DNA from: Candidatus Latescibacterota bacterium
Lineage (GTDB): Bacteria > Latescibacterota > UBA2968 > GCA-2709665
Direction: 5' to 3'
Length of the DNA: 64,000 bases
Assembly: GCA_965116875.1 (NCBI GenBank)
Contig: OZ220733.1
Span: forward strand, 3,232,001 to 3,296,000
This document shows, piece after piece, positions 20,901 through 30,374 of the stretch (position 1 is the stretch's first letter; each line of letters begins with the position of its first letter). Below the pieces are notes generated by a model, which saw nothing but the letters and a program-made list of their open reading frames with translations, was not told where the DNA came from and did not search any database. Position numbers and translations under genes: made by a program.

Positions 20901-23123
20901 TTCCGTCAGGCGATGACGATCAAATTGACGGATGAGACGCGAGGCTTCGCCAAGCCTGACTTCGAACCGCTGAGGCTCCATTACAAGGGCCAGGCAATGC
21001 AGATCCACGTCATGGCCGAGTTCGCACAGCGCGGTCTCGAAAATATGGCCGATGCGCTACGACTGGCCCTTGACTATTTCAGTCTTACACAGGGAGCTTT
21101 CCTCAGCCGATGGCTGCCGGAGAGGGGCAAGGAGATCGAGCGGGAGACCACGCCGGAATCCTGGCGGGCAATTGTCGAGAGTCTCAAGAATCCCGTCCAG
21201 CAGCGCATTGTTGCGGATGATCGGGAGCAGACGAACGTGCTTGTGCTGGCCGGGCCGGGGTCCGGAAAGACCCGCGTGCTGGTGCACCGCATCGCCTATC
21301 TCGTCCGCGCAAAACGGGAGAATCCCCGGGGCATACTGGCGCTGGCCTACAACCGGCACGCGGCTGTCGAGATCCGGCAACGCCTGAAGGATTTGATCGG
21401 AGACGACGCACGAGGCGTGACCGTGCTCACCTGCCACGGCCTGGCGATGCGGCTGGTCGGTGTGAGTTTTCAGGATAGGGAACGGCGGCCGCTGGACGAC
21501 GATGCCTTCCGGGAGGTGTTGCGCCAGGCGGTCGCGCTGCTCCGTGGTGAGGGTCTGGAGCCCGAAGACGCGGACGACCGGCGGGAACGGCTCCTCAGGG
21601 GATTCCGCTGGATCCTTGTGGACGAATACCAGGACATCGGCGCCGAACAATATGATCTGATATCCGCCCTCGCCGGACGGACCCTGCAAGATGAGGATCG
21701 CAAGCTCACCCTCTTCGCAGTAGGCGACGACGATCAGAACATCTACGCCTTCAATGGCGCGTCGGTAGAGTTCATCCGTCGGTTCGAAGCAGATTACGGG
21801 CCGAGGCCCAGCTACCTCATTGACAATTACCGCTCTACAGGCAACATCATCAAAGCAGCCAACGACCTGATTGAACCCGCTCGACAAAGGTTGAAGACCG
21901 AACACCCGATCCGAATCGACCGTGCGCGAGCCAAAAATCCGCCAGGCGGCGAATGGGATGGCCGGGACCCGGTCGCACGGGGAAGAGTCCAGCTTCTGCC
22001 CTCGGCGCCAGATCCGATCTCGCAGGTGCAGGTCGCCATGACAGAGTTTCAGCGCCTCGCGAAGTTGTCTCCGGATTGGGATTGGTCCGCATGCTCGGTG
22101 ATCGCAAGAGAGTGGAAATACCTGGATCCGGTGCGGGCGTTCTGCGAAATCAACCGTATTCCGGCGCAGATGGCGAATGAGAGTATTCCCGGTTTCTGGC
22201 ACCTGCGGGAGACACGGGCATTCGTAAATTGGCTGCGCGGCCGGGAAGTCCCCCTTGTGGATGTGTCGGACTTGACGGACTGGGTGGATGCTCAGCCGAA
22301 CGGGACCTGGACTGAGCTTCTCCGGCAGGCCCTCGACGAGCACGCCCTTGAAGCCGGAAACGGCGAAGTACCGGTCGACCAATTCATCGAGTGGTTGGCA
22401 GAGTGGGGGCGGGATGTGCGTCGCCGCCAGCGAGGGCTCTTGCTGTCTACCGCGCACCGCGCCAAGGGTCTGGAGTTCGATCATATCGTTGTGCTGGACG
22501 GCGGCTGGGACAAGAGGAACGTGGGCGAAGACCCCGACGCGCCGCGCAGGCTCTACTACGTGGCGATGACACGCGCCAGGCAGACGCTCGCGCTCGTGCG
22601 TTTTCAGGGATCCAGACGCGGAGAACGTCACATGCGGTCGGATATCGTCAGTGAGCCAGCGCCACCGGCGTACCTGAAGCCGCTCAACCCGGCGCCCTAC
22701 AGGTTTCCCAAAAACGGCGCAATTCACCACCGCCAACCCGTTGCGATCACGGAGAAGCCCGTCAATCTCAGCCGCCGATATCGGCGACCGGGGCTGAGGG
22801 AGGTCAACCTGGGATTCGCCGGTCGGCGTCACGCAGGACATCCCGTGCATCGAGCAATAGCCGATCTTTCACCGGGCGATCAAATTTCGACACGGGTTAC
22901 GGATACGGGAACCTGGGAACTGCTGGACCGGTCGGGAATGGTGGTGGGACGCCTGGCTCAGGCGTTTGAACCTCCGCCGGATACGAGATGTACGACGGCT
23001 AAGGTCTACGCGGTCGTGACGTGGAGCCGCGAAGCATCGGAACCGGAGTTCCAGAAACTCGCAAAATGCGATACCTGGGAGGTTGTGTTGCCGGAACTGG
23101 TGTTCGAACCTGAGGGCGGGTAG
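17904..23123 (+). CDS. DEDD exonuclease-like domain + RecQ (SF2) helicase + UvrD (SF1) helicase fusion
   Basis: Exonuclease motifs IDLE, HNLIAFD and DPELD. RecQ motifs LPTGTGKS, DEAH, ATNAFGMGIDK and QEAGRAGRD. UvrD motifs AGPGSGKT, DEYQD, GDDDQNIY, NYRS, TAHRAKGLEF and YVAMTRA. Confidence 0.9.
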   Translation: MSMVSSFPHRYVSIDLEVGKKDGRIRAFAAVGTDTERSIIFQKGNLKTALAELDDFAKGADFLLGHNLIAFDLPHLAAAESNLRLLKLPAVDTLKLNPLAFPRNPYHHLVKHYQDPQLKRGRINDPELDARLAVDLFRDQCSALEAAGRDTPDLTLAWHWLTSAAGDGTGVDAFSRNEATGIEALFSALRRSQRPSDAEARAAIGSLLNGNACRNTGQAVVQNIEKVGWPLAYALAWLSVAGGNSVMPPWVRHQFPDAGKLVRRLRDRPCGESKCEWCNERHDPRKELKRWFGFDDFRPEPADTDGRPMQQAICEAAMSGKHVLGILPTGTGKSLCYQIPALSRYDKTGALTVVISPLVALMADQVAGLEARGISSCVAINGLLSMPERADALDRVRLGDAGMVLVSPEQLRSQSFRRVLNQREIGAWVLDEAHCLSRWGHDFRPDYRYIGRFIREKAGEEPIPPVICLTATAKPDVVADIRQHFRDELGAEIRVLDGGAQRTNLEFVVVKTTEPEKFAHIHQILMADLPPDTPGGAIVYCATRRQTEEAAQFLQLKDVAAEHFHAGLPPETKKNVQQRFIGGELRVITATNAFGMGIDKPDVRLVIHADIPGSLENYMQEAGRAGRDRKSARCVLLYTPEDVERQFGMSAASRLTRREIHGVLRALRNLDRKKRLGGEVVATSGEILGEDDEYAFERDSATDDTRVRTAVSWLEETVLLSREENRVQVYPSSLKVNTVKEASARFQTGRIAYGYRRQLLRIVEALIDAEPDEGISTDELMGVSGLSPEGVRRAMFDLERLGIASNDTALTAFVHAGVVRSSRKRFDEAVELETGLIAQMRETAPDMIKGDRWPLFLRLASQKLRDEDVPDPLPERLWRILRSIAHDGRGEGGDAGSLGIRRRDPDTVNVELRREWTDLGELASRRRAGAKLLLDHLLSCFPPNTRGTDLLAETTLGKLLAAITSDIVLKSRNPEKLLDRALLWLHEQEVIRLHKGLAVFRQAMTIKLTDETRGFAKPDFEPLRLHYKGQAMQIHVMAEFAQRGLENMADALRLALDYFSLTQGAFLSRWLPERGKEIERETTPESWRAIVESLKNPVQQRIVADDREQTNVLVLAGPGSGKTRVLVHRIAYLVRAKRENPRGILALAYNRHAAVEIRQRLKDLIGDDARGVTVLTCHGLAMRLVGVSFQDRERRPLDDDAFREVLRQAVALLRGEGLEPEDADDRRERLLRGFRWILVDEYQDIGAEQYDLISALAGRTLQDEDRKLTLFAVGDDDQNIYAFNGASVEFIRRFEADYGPRPSYLIDNYRSTGNIIKAANDLIEPARQRLKTEHPIRIDRARAKNPPGGEWDGRDPVARGRVQLLPSAPDPISQVQVAMTEFQRLAKLSPDWDWSACSVIAREWKYLDPVRAFCEINRIPAQMANESIPGFWHLRETRAFVNWLRGREVPLVDVSDLTDWVDAQPNGTWTELLRQALDEHALEAGNGEVPVDQFIEWLAEWGRDVRRRQRGLLLSTAHRAKGLEFDHIVVLDGGWDKRNVGEDPDAPRRLYYVAMTRARQTLALVRFQGSRRGERHMRSDIVSEPAPPAYLKPLNPAPYRFPKNGAIHHRQPVAITEKPVNLSRRYRRPGLREVNLGFAGRRHAGHPVHRAIADLSPGDQISTRVTDTGTWELLDRSGMVVGRLAQAFEPPPDTRCTTAKVYAVVTWSREASEPEFQKLAKCDTWEVVLPELVFEPEGG

Positions 23124-23231
23124 TGTTGCGATAATGGGGCGGAGGGTGGTAGTCTTTCTGGCGTCAGGCAGGCAAATCTCGTGGAAACTGGCAGGCATCG
23201 CCGTGGAAATCCGATGTCAAATCACCTTGAT

Positions 23232-23516
23232 TCAATCGCGTTTATTCGATGCTGGTCGACGAACCGGTTTCCGGTTTTCCAGGTCTCCATAGATGATTTT
23301 GCGCAGATCCTGCCACGAGCAGGATTCCAACGGATCGGACGAACCCGGATTGCCCGTACTTAAATCAGGAAGCCGGTATTGAGTTCGATGCGTCGGTCCG
23401 GCGAGTACCTCTCTCAGTCCTTCCTCGACCACGGCGCGCAATGTACGACCCGATTTCCTCGCGTACTGTTTCGCTCTCGCCAGCAGTTCGTCTTGAATTT
23501 CAATCGTTGTCTTCAT
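23232..23516 (-). CDS. VapB/DUF2191-like ribbon-helix-helix antitoxin (orphan)
   Basis: MKTTIEIQDELLARAK...TLRAVVEEGLREVL. Confidence 0.75.
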   Translation of the reverse strand: MKTTIEIQDELLARAKQYARKSGRTLRAVVEEGLREVLAGPTHRTQYRLPDLSTGNPGSSDPLESCSWQDLRKIIYGDLENRKPVRRPASNKRD

Positions 23517-23655
23517 TGTTCCCGTATTACCCATATTATACGATACAGTCAAGCAACAAATGCAGGTATTCGGTCAATGCCACCTGCGTCCACTGTTGGG
23601 TAACCATCTGCCGAAAGGCGCGTTTCGATGATCGTCTCGCCGCGCCGCTGAGAGC

Positions 23656-24135
23656 TCACCGCTCAACAGATACGGAATCTGGACCCGCATCCCGCCTGAT
23701 CACCAGGCACCCGGCCATCATATCGTGAAGCCCTTGCTTTCTCTTCGTGAATGCAGCCATCAGATAACCGATACCGATAGTCGTTACAGAAATGTACTTT
23801 GCGAAATATCGCCCTGAAGCCCTGGCGAAACCGATGCGGTTTCCATGCAGGTCCGTGACCTTGATGCCGACGGCTAACTTACCCAGTGTCGCCTGTTTTC
23901 TCGAAGCCTCGAATACTGCAAAATAGACCCACGCGATCGCCAGCCACATAACCGTCCCGAATATGAGTGCGTCTACGTTTGCATCCAAGTAATCGTACTC
24001 CCCGGCGTTTTCTGCTATCATTGGAACTATATAGAAAATCGAGTACAGGACTCCACAAATCGCCATTACTGTGTAAATGACGAGGTAATCGATCCACGCC
24101 GCCGCGAATCTCTTCCAGAACCCGGCGTATACCAT
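23656..24135 (-). CDS. RDD family membrane protein
   Basis: YAGFWKRFAAAWID, QATLGK and KQGLHDMMAG. Confidence 0.92.
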   Translation of the reverse strand: MVYAGFWKRFAAAWIDYLVIYTVMAICGVLYSIFYIVPMIAENAGEYDYLDANVDALIFGTVMWLAIAWVYFAVFEASRKQATLGKLAVGIKVTDLHGNRIGFARASGRYFAKYISVTTIGIGYLMAAFTKRKQGLHDMMAGCLVIRRDAGPDSVSVER

Positions 24136-24370
24136 CAGAGTTCCCCGTGATACGATCGTCGCGCTCTTCGCCGATACATTGAGGATTTGCTTCCTCCGTA
24201 GCCAGTGTCTTTAACCTCATACGTCGCCAGCCGCCATGCACTTTATCCGTTCGACCAGCCGACCGGAGTCGAAGCGTCTTGCGCCGCTTCCGTGCCGCGA
24301 TGGAGGCGGACGTGCTGCCTCCCAGGTAGCGACAGGTCTAAGTCGTGCAGGGATAATCCGATGCTGCAGT

Positions 24371-24620
24371 AGATCCTTCGTCGGCCTGGGGGCACCCTTC
24401 GACCCTTCGACAGGCTCAGGGACCACAGGCTCCAGGCAAGTCCTCTGAATGACAATCTCGGCGAAGATGTGGCGGATGCGTTTCTCGGACGTTGCAGCCA
24501 GGCCCCTTCGACAGGCTCAGGGCAAGTCCTCTGGATGACAGTTTATGCCGACACGTGACCGACACGTTTCACCAAAGCGTATCGCAACGCATGTCATTCA
24601 GAGCGCAGCGAAGAATCTCC
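24371..24620. repeat. Composite REP cluster (CCCTTCGACAGGCTCAGG and GTCATTC-GAGC...GAAGAATCT families)
   Basis: Doubled CCCTTCGA and doubled CAGGCTC at 24395-24440, a second copy at ~24504-24525, CTG(A/G)ATGACA ends, and TGTCATTCAGAGCGCAGCGAAGAATCTC at ~24592-24619. Confidence 0.75.
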
Positions 24621-24930
24621 CGTCTCGATTGGGCGTGTCGCACATGCCCATTGAGGACGAACCTGTGCGCGGACGCTTTGCCATCCTTTCGTCCTCCTCT
24701 GCATAACATTCGGGCTAAAGTGTAAAGGGTGCATTTCGCCAGTGGCTGTGGACGTTTTTTCCATCCGTATTCTTCGCGCTCTTTCGCGACTTTCGTAGTG
24801 AATCAAACCCGCACTTGGACAGGTGTGAGTGTAACGGATTAATGTAGATGAATTGGAACCAGATTCCGTCAAGGTGTTGAAAGTCTTTATCCGTTGAAAG
24901 AAGCGTGGCTCCTCTTGCGTGGGCGTTTTT

Positions 24931-25160
24931 TCAATCGAGTTGGGCCAGCAGTTGCTCGATCGGTTCATCGCCCGGCCAGGCACCGGCAAGCTGTATTGGA
25001 TCAAATGCCTTCGCTTCCTTCGATAGATTGTGAAAGAAGTCCTGCCAATCATCTATGTCGACCGTTGGCGTTTCTTCGAAGGTGTTATCTCCTCTTTGGT
25101 GAATACGTACCGGGTGAGTTGCGATAATTCGTGGCTGTCCATTTCCTGGAATTGCACAAT
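24931..25160 (-). pseudogene. Possible frameshifted small acidic protein (antitoxin-like)
   Basis: A minus frame without an in-frame start reads ...DIDDWQDFFHNLSKEAKAFDPIQLAGAWPGDEPIEQLLAQLD*. GGAGG lies upstream and the segment is lower in GC. Confidence 0.3.
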
Positions 25161-25249
25161 CCCCTCATTGGTCGCTTGTTTTCCTCCCAAGAGACGCAAG
25201 GCCTCCACGCCCAATTATGTCGGCTTTATACGTCTAAAACGGCTCACCC

Positions 25250-26548
25250 TCAATCCGCGGGGACCAATTCGGGGGCCTTGCGCGCGAAGGCGTCGATGGG
25301 CGGAAGGTTGCGGTCGGGTCCGGGTTCGAGCAGGCGGGGGCCGACCAGGATGTCCAGGTTATCCCGCATTTCGGCCATGTCGAGATAGGCGGTGGAGGCC
25401 TCGACTTCGCCCAGGTCCAGCGTGTTCCTGATCCAAAGCACCCTGGCGTCGGCGGGTTCGACGAGTCCGACGGATTCGAGCGCCACGTCCAGCGCATCCT
25501 CGTCGGTGGGGAAGTGGATGGGGATGGAGGCGGCAGGGGGGTGCTGTCCGGTAATGGCGTTGATATTCGTCGCGTGATAGTCGATTTTGTCAACCAGCCG
25601 GTCCGTGGTGAATTCCGCCATGCCGATGCCCACGGCGTTGCCGTGGGTTTTTTCCGTCAGGTCCCGGACGAAGATCCGCAGGACGCGCGGTGAGTCACCG
25701 TCCATCGCCCTGCGTTCGTTGCGCTTGCGCCCCACCACGTTGGTATCGATGCCGGAGCCACTGATGTCTTTACCCATCTCGTCGATAATGAGCAGGTCCA
25801 CTTCGTCGAACGGCAGCCGGGGGCACCAGGCCTTGGCCTTGACCAGGAGTTCCTTTTCAGCGCTTTCGAAGTCCCGCGCGGGAACCGCGGCAATCTGCGC
25901 GGTCTCGTCGTAACCGTTTTCAAGCAGGGCGACGCCGAACGAAATCGGCATCTTTTCCCGGACCGTCTTTCCCACCACCCGCACGATCTTGTCGAAGGAG
26001 TGATGGATGATGGCGCGGTGGTAGATCGTGGCGCCCTTGTGCTTGCCCAGGCCGATGAGCATCATCTTCATCAGGCCGCTCTCGATCTCACCCACGAAGC
26101 CCGTGTGGGGCTTGACGCGGTTGACGACGACCACGTGGTCGGCCTCGGAGGCGTATTGATCGAAATAGACCGGCATGCCGAAATCGGTGACGCCGATTTC
26201 GATCACGTCCATCGAGGACCTGACCGGGGCGCCGACCGCACTCTCGGTGATGCCGTATTCGGCGAGAATCCCGGCCTGACCCTCGGCAGTGCCGCCGCCG
26301 TGGCTGCCCATGGCCGGAACGATAAAGGGCCTTGCGCCCAGCGCGACCATTTCATCCACGATCGACGCGATGACCGTGTCCAGGTTGGCGATGCCTCTGG
26401 ATCCGGCAGCGATCGCAACCGTGTGCCCGGGCTTGATGGTGTCGCCGGGGTTGAGATTCCGGATCTCGCGACGGGTGGCGCCGGGAATATCGTCAACGCG
26501 CGGCGCGTCAAAGCGCTGGCGGATCCGAAACATGTGAGGGTATTGCAT
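25250..26548 (-). CDS. Lactate racemase N-terminal (LarA-like/DUF2088) domain protein
   Basis: AGSRGI, PAMGSHGG, NRVKPHT and GKDISGSGIDTNVVGR. Confidence 0.75.
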   Translation of the reverse strand: MQYPHMFRIRQRFDAPRVDDIPGATRREIRNLNPGDTIKPGHTVAIAAGSRGIANLDTVIASIVDEMVALGARPFIVPAMGSHGGGTAEGQAGILAEYGITESAVGAPVRSSMDVIEIGVTDFGMPVYFDQYASEADHVVVVNRVKPHTGFVGEIESGLMKMMLIGLGKHKGATIYHRAIIHHSFDKIVRVVGKTVREKMPISFGVALLENGYDETAQIAAVPARDFESAEKELLVKAKAWCPRLPFDEVDLLIIDEMGKDISGSGIDTNVVGRKRNERRAMDGDSPRVLRIFVRDLTEKTHGNAVGIGMAEFTTDRLVDKIDYHATNINAITGQHPPAASIPIHFPTDEDALDVALESVGLVEPADARVLWIRNTLDLGEVEASTAYLDMAEMRDNLDILVGPRLLEPGPDRNLPPIDAFARKAPELVPAD

Positions 26549-26635
26549 TTTGGGCCTCCGGTCGTAGAGGACGGGTGTCAGAATCCGAGTCTTGCGTCAA
26601 GAGCCGAGCGAACGATATTCGGATGCGAAGGAAAG

Positions 26636-27793
26636 TCACATCGCGGCTTCGTACAGCGCGATGATGTCCTTGAGCGTGGTGTGGCGGGGGTTGATCTGGA
26701 TATTTCCGCTCTTCATCGCGTCTTCCGCAAGCACGGCAATACCCTCCCGCGCGACGCCCACTTCGGCGAGCGTGTCCGGAATGCCGACGTCCGAAGCCAG
26801 CGATTGCACCGCTTCCACGGAAACGTCCGCGGCTTCGACGTGGGACAGGCCGTCGATATTCTCACCCAGAGCAACGGCGATATCGGCAAAGCGTTCCGGG
26901 CACGCGACCTTGTTGAAGTCCATCACCCGGGTGAGCAGGATGGCGTTGGCGACGCCGTGAGGGACCCCGTAGTGGCCGCCCACGGCGTGTGACATCGCGT
27001 GTACGTTCCCGAGACGCGTCTGCGAGAAGGCGATGCCCGCCATATTGCTGGCCAGCAGCATCTGTTCCGTGGCTTCGTAGTTGTGGTGGCTTGCCGCGGC
27101 CTGCCGCAGGTTTTCCGAAATAAGCCGGATGGCGTGCAGCGCCAGGCCGTCGGCTATCGGGTTGGAGGCGCGTGCGACGTAGGACTCCACGGCGTGGGTG
27201 AGCGCGTCCATCCCGGTTGCCGCGGCGATGGGCATGGGCAGGCCGACGGCCGCATTGGCATCCAGAATGCCCACGTCGGGAATGACGTGCGGCCCGCCCA
27301 CGGTTGCCTTGAAGTGATTGTTGTCCGTGACGACGGCGAACGGGGTGACTTCGCTGGCGGTGCCGTACGTAGTCGGCACGCACAGCAGGAAGGGCACCCG
27401 TTTCCGGTCCTGCAGGAGACCGAAGTGGTCTTCGATGCGCCCCCCGTTGGCGGCCAGCACCCCGGCGCACTTGGCGGTGTCCATCGAAGAACCGCCGCCG
27501 ATGGCCAGAAGCCAGTCGCACCCAGCTGATTCGTAAAGATCGAAACAGGCCTGAACGACGTGTGCCGGAGGGTTTTCTTCCACGCCGTCGTAAACCGCAA
27601 ACGGGATCCCCTCGGCCTCGAGGACGCCGGTGGCCTGCTGCGTCACGCCGGCTTTGACCAGACCCTTATCCGTTACCACGAGGGCTTTTTTTTCTGTTCG
27701 TTCCGCGAGAATCCCCGGGATTTCCGAGACGCTCCCGCGGCCGACGAAAAGACGCGTTGGGGAATGGAAGGTGAAGCCGTTTTGGTCTGTCAC
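26636..27793 (-). CDS. Iron-containing alcohol dehydrogenase
   Basis: GGGSSMD, PTTYGTASE, GMDALTHAVE, HAMSH and HGVANA. Confidence 0.95.
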   Translation of the reverse strand: MTDQNGFTFHSPTRLFVGRGSVSEIPGILAERTEKKALVVTDKGLVKAGVTQQATGVLEAEGIPFAVYDGVEENPPAHVVQACFDLYESAGCDWLLAIGGGSSMDTAKCAGVLAANGGRIEDHFGLLQDRKRVPFLLCVPTTYGTASEVTPFAVVTDNNHFKATVGGPHVIPDVGILDANAAVGLPMPIAAATGMDALTHAVESYVARASNPIADGLALHAIRLISENLRQAAASHHNYEATEQMLLASNMAGIAFSQTRLGNVHAMSHAVGGHYGVPHGVANAILLTRVMDFNKVACPERFADIAVALGENIDGLSHVEAADVSVEAVQSLASDVGIPDTLAEVGVAREGIAVLAEDAMKSGNIQINPRHTTLKDIIALYEAAM

Positions 27794-27900
27794 GAGTCTG
27801 GTCCCATCTGTGTTAGAAAATCAGGAAGTGTCGATACACAATTTAGGCGTAACGTCAATTGCGGACAAGCAGATTCAGTAATCAGCGACAGGAAGGGCTT

Positions 27901-28030
27901 AATGCGGGGAGACGTGAGACGGGAGAGGGGAGAGATTACCTGCCTTGTGAGGGTTCTTCACGTGCCGGAGGCAAGAAGCAATAAAACATCGGGCAAGGAT
28001 TTCTTCTACCGTCTTCCGTCTCCCGGCATT
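27901..28030 (+). mobile_element. ~130-bp heptamer-flanked element, copy 1
   Basis: Inverted ends AATGCGGGGAGACG / CGTCTCCCGGCATT and core CCTGCCTTGTGAGG...GCCGGAGGCA...GGCAAGGAT. Confidence 0.8.
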
Positions 28031-28099
28031 TCGAAAAACGGCAAGGAAACAGGGGCCGTGAGGGGGTGGTGGGTTCCATGGACAGGAAACCGACTCTGA

Positions 28100-29116
28100 T
28101 CAAAAGATCTTGCCGATTTCGTCCCGGTCGAATTCGGGTAGGTCGCGGACGGTATCGTTTACGCGAAGCTTGAGCCCGAATTCGGGTGATTCCGCACGGG
28201 CGACAATCTCGCAGGGGATGCCCGCGGTCAGGATGGCGTCGCGGACCCGCCCTGCGTCCGCCGGCGCCAGGCCGATCAACAGCGCGCCGGAGGAGATGAC
28301 ACCAAGCGGATCGAGTTTAAACGCATCGCAGAGGAGGCGCGTTTCATCCGAGGCGAACAACGCTTCCGAGTCCACGGAGAGGCCGCAGTCCGAAGCGGCG
28401 GCCAGTTCCCGAAGCGCAGTGGCAACGCCGCCTTCGGTGGGGTCGTGCATCGCGCGCACGGTCGCGGTTTCGCAGGCGATGCGCGCCTCCTCGAGGATAC
28501 TGATCCCGGGAACGTGCAGGTATTCGCGTGCCGTATTCAGGAGGGCGGGATCGAACCCACGGTCGTGCAGTTCGGTTTCTTTCTCTCTGGCAAGAATGGC
28601 CGTGGCTTCGATCCCCAGCCCCTTTGTCAGCAGAATACTGTCGCCCGCCTGCAGTCCGCTGGACCGCACAAGGCGCTCCCGTGAGACTTCGCCCAGCATC
28701 TGCCCGACGACGATCGGACGGTCCAGACCGGCAGTGATTTCGGTGTGGCCGCCGCACAGGGATACGCCGATTTCACCCGCGGCGCGCCCGAGCGAGTCGA
28801 AGATGCTCCGGACCAGCGTTTCTGTCGTCCCGCCTTCCGGCAGGAGGAGGGTGGCCAGAAACCAGCGGGGAACGGCCCCCATCGTCGCGATGTCGTTTGC
28901 GTTGACGTGGACCGCGTAGCGGCCGATTTCGTCCGTGGCGAAGGTGATGGGGTCGGTCTTGGCCACCAGGCAGGTCCCGCCAAAGTCGATAACGGCGGCG
29001 TCCTCGCCCACCTTCGGCCCCACAAGGATGCGGTCGTCGTCTTCGGCGGTACACTCGCGCAGCAGGCCCGAAAGCATGTCCAGCGGGAGTTTTCCGGGTG
29101 GCAGGAAGGCGCACAT
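28100..29116 (-). CDS. AIR synthase/PurM-fold protein (HypE-like)
   Basis: PGKLP, GEDAAV, TDPIT, NANDIA, GGHTE and MHDPTEGG. Confidence 0.85.
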   Translation of the reverse strand: MCAFLPPGKLPLDMLSGLLRECTAEDDDRILVGPKVGEDAAVIDFGGTCLVAKTDPITFATDEIGRYAVHVNANDIATMGAVPRWFLATLLLPEGGTTETLVRSIFDSLGRAAGEIGVSLCGGHTEITAGLDRPIVVGQMLGEVSRERLVRSSGLQAGDSILLTKGLGIEATAILAREKETELHDRGFDPALLNTAREYLHVPGISILEEARIACETATVRAMHDPTEGGVATALRELAAASDCGLSVDSEALFASDETRLLCDAFKLDPLGVISSGALLIGLAPADAGRVRDAILTAGIPCEIVARAESPEFGLKLRVNDTVRDLPEFDRDEIGKIF

Positions 29117-29298
29117 ATCCGTCAGTTTTATGAGATGAAAGGAATCAGGGGTACTCGCCCCTCCTGAAAATTACGATAGGCCAAATCCACGGGGATGTCA
29201 ACCGTTTTGGGCGCTCATGTCCCGATCCGGCGCCGGTGGGACCGCGCGCAGGCGGAACGGACGATTCGTTGCCGTGCGGCGGCCAACCGCGGGCGGGA

Positions 29299-30357
29299 TC
29301 AGGATGCGAAGCAGGACCGGAGTTCCGTCGTCCGGGGATCGTCGCAGAGGGATATCGAAAGGATGCGTCGCAGCTGTTCCAGGCGGGCTTCCGGGTTCCG
29401 CCACCTGTCCAGCAGCGGATGACGGGGATCCGGCAGGGCGTCGAGGAGAGATTGCGCGGCCAGGAGGTGGAAGACGAAATGGTGCCCGTCCAGCAGGGCC
29501 GCAATCTCCGCCTGCGGCTCTGTCCGGTATTCCGATGCAAGCGCGGCATAACGCGTGACCAGTGCAGGCGTCAGCGCGCTGTAAGTCCCGCCGTCCGGTC
29601 GTCCGGCGCCATGGGAGGTTGTGTATTGAGTGAGCCGGCGTTCGGGCCAGTCCCAGCCGATCTTTGAGAATTCGATGAAACGGAGCGATCGCGCGGCCGG
29701 GTTGACGACGATGTTGCGGGCGTGATAGTCGGTTGGACCGGGAAGCGGCGCCGCCTGTTCGAGGAACAGAATAAGCTCGGAAAATGCGTCTGACATTGCA
29801 GCGATCCGTTTTTCATTCGCAGATCCTGAAAGCCGGCCGGCGATTCGCGGCACGTCCCTGGCGAGACTTCGGGTCGTTCGACGCCATGTTCGGCGCAGGT
29901 CCTGCGGGGTACACCCCGGGAACGTCCGCGCGGCGAAATCGTCGCCATGCGCGCGAAAGATGGACTGAATCCGGGAAAAGCCCTCGACGACAAGACGGCC
30001 TAAGGTTCCCGCGGCGCCCTCCTGGCAGACGTCGTCGAGGGTGTGGTCGCCGCACCATTCATAGAAAACCAGGTCGTGTTCGATATCGGCGGCAACGAGC
30101 CTGGGGACGGGCGCACCGCACAGACTTGCGTGCACAAGCTGTTCAACGGCCAGCAGGTCGTGAGGCTCGCCGCGTGTCAGGGGAGCGAAAACGTGTTGCT
30201 TGGCAACGAGGTATGAGCTGTCACGGAGGGCGACTTTCCAGACGTTCGGGTGACCTGGGATGGTCCGGATATGTAAAACCGCGGATCCGCCGCAAACGGC
30301 GGTGGGAGCGATCCGCCTGATGGCCTCGATCGTCGGTTCGGAGGAACGCGCGCACAT
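29299..30357 (-). CDS. Aminoglycoside/choline phosphotransferase-like kinase-fold protein
   Basis: LVAKQ, Brenner-like TDYHARNIV and FIEFS. Confidence 0.6.
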   Translation of the reverse strand: MCARSSEPTIEAIRRIAPTAVCGGSAVLHIRTIPGHPNVWKVALRDSSYLVAKQHVFAPLTRGEPHDLLAVEQLVHASLCGAPVPRLVAADIEHDLVFYEWCGDHTLDDVCQEGAAGTLGRLVVEGFSRIQSIFRAHGDDFAARTFPGCTPQDLRRTWRRTTRSLARDVPRIAGRLSGSANEKRIAAMSDAFSELILFLEQAAPLPGPTDYHARNIVVNPAARSLRFIEFSKIGWDWPERRLTQYTTSHGAGRPDGGTYSALTPALVTRYAALASEYRTEPQAEIAALLDGHHFVFHLLAAQSLLDALPDPRHPLLDRWRNPEARLEQLRRILSISLCDDPRTTELRSCFAS

Positions 30358-30374
30358 GGAAGGTGGAGACAGTC

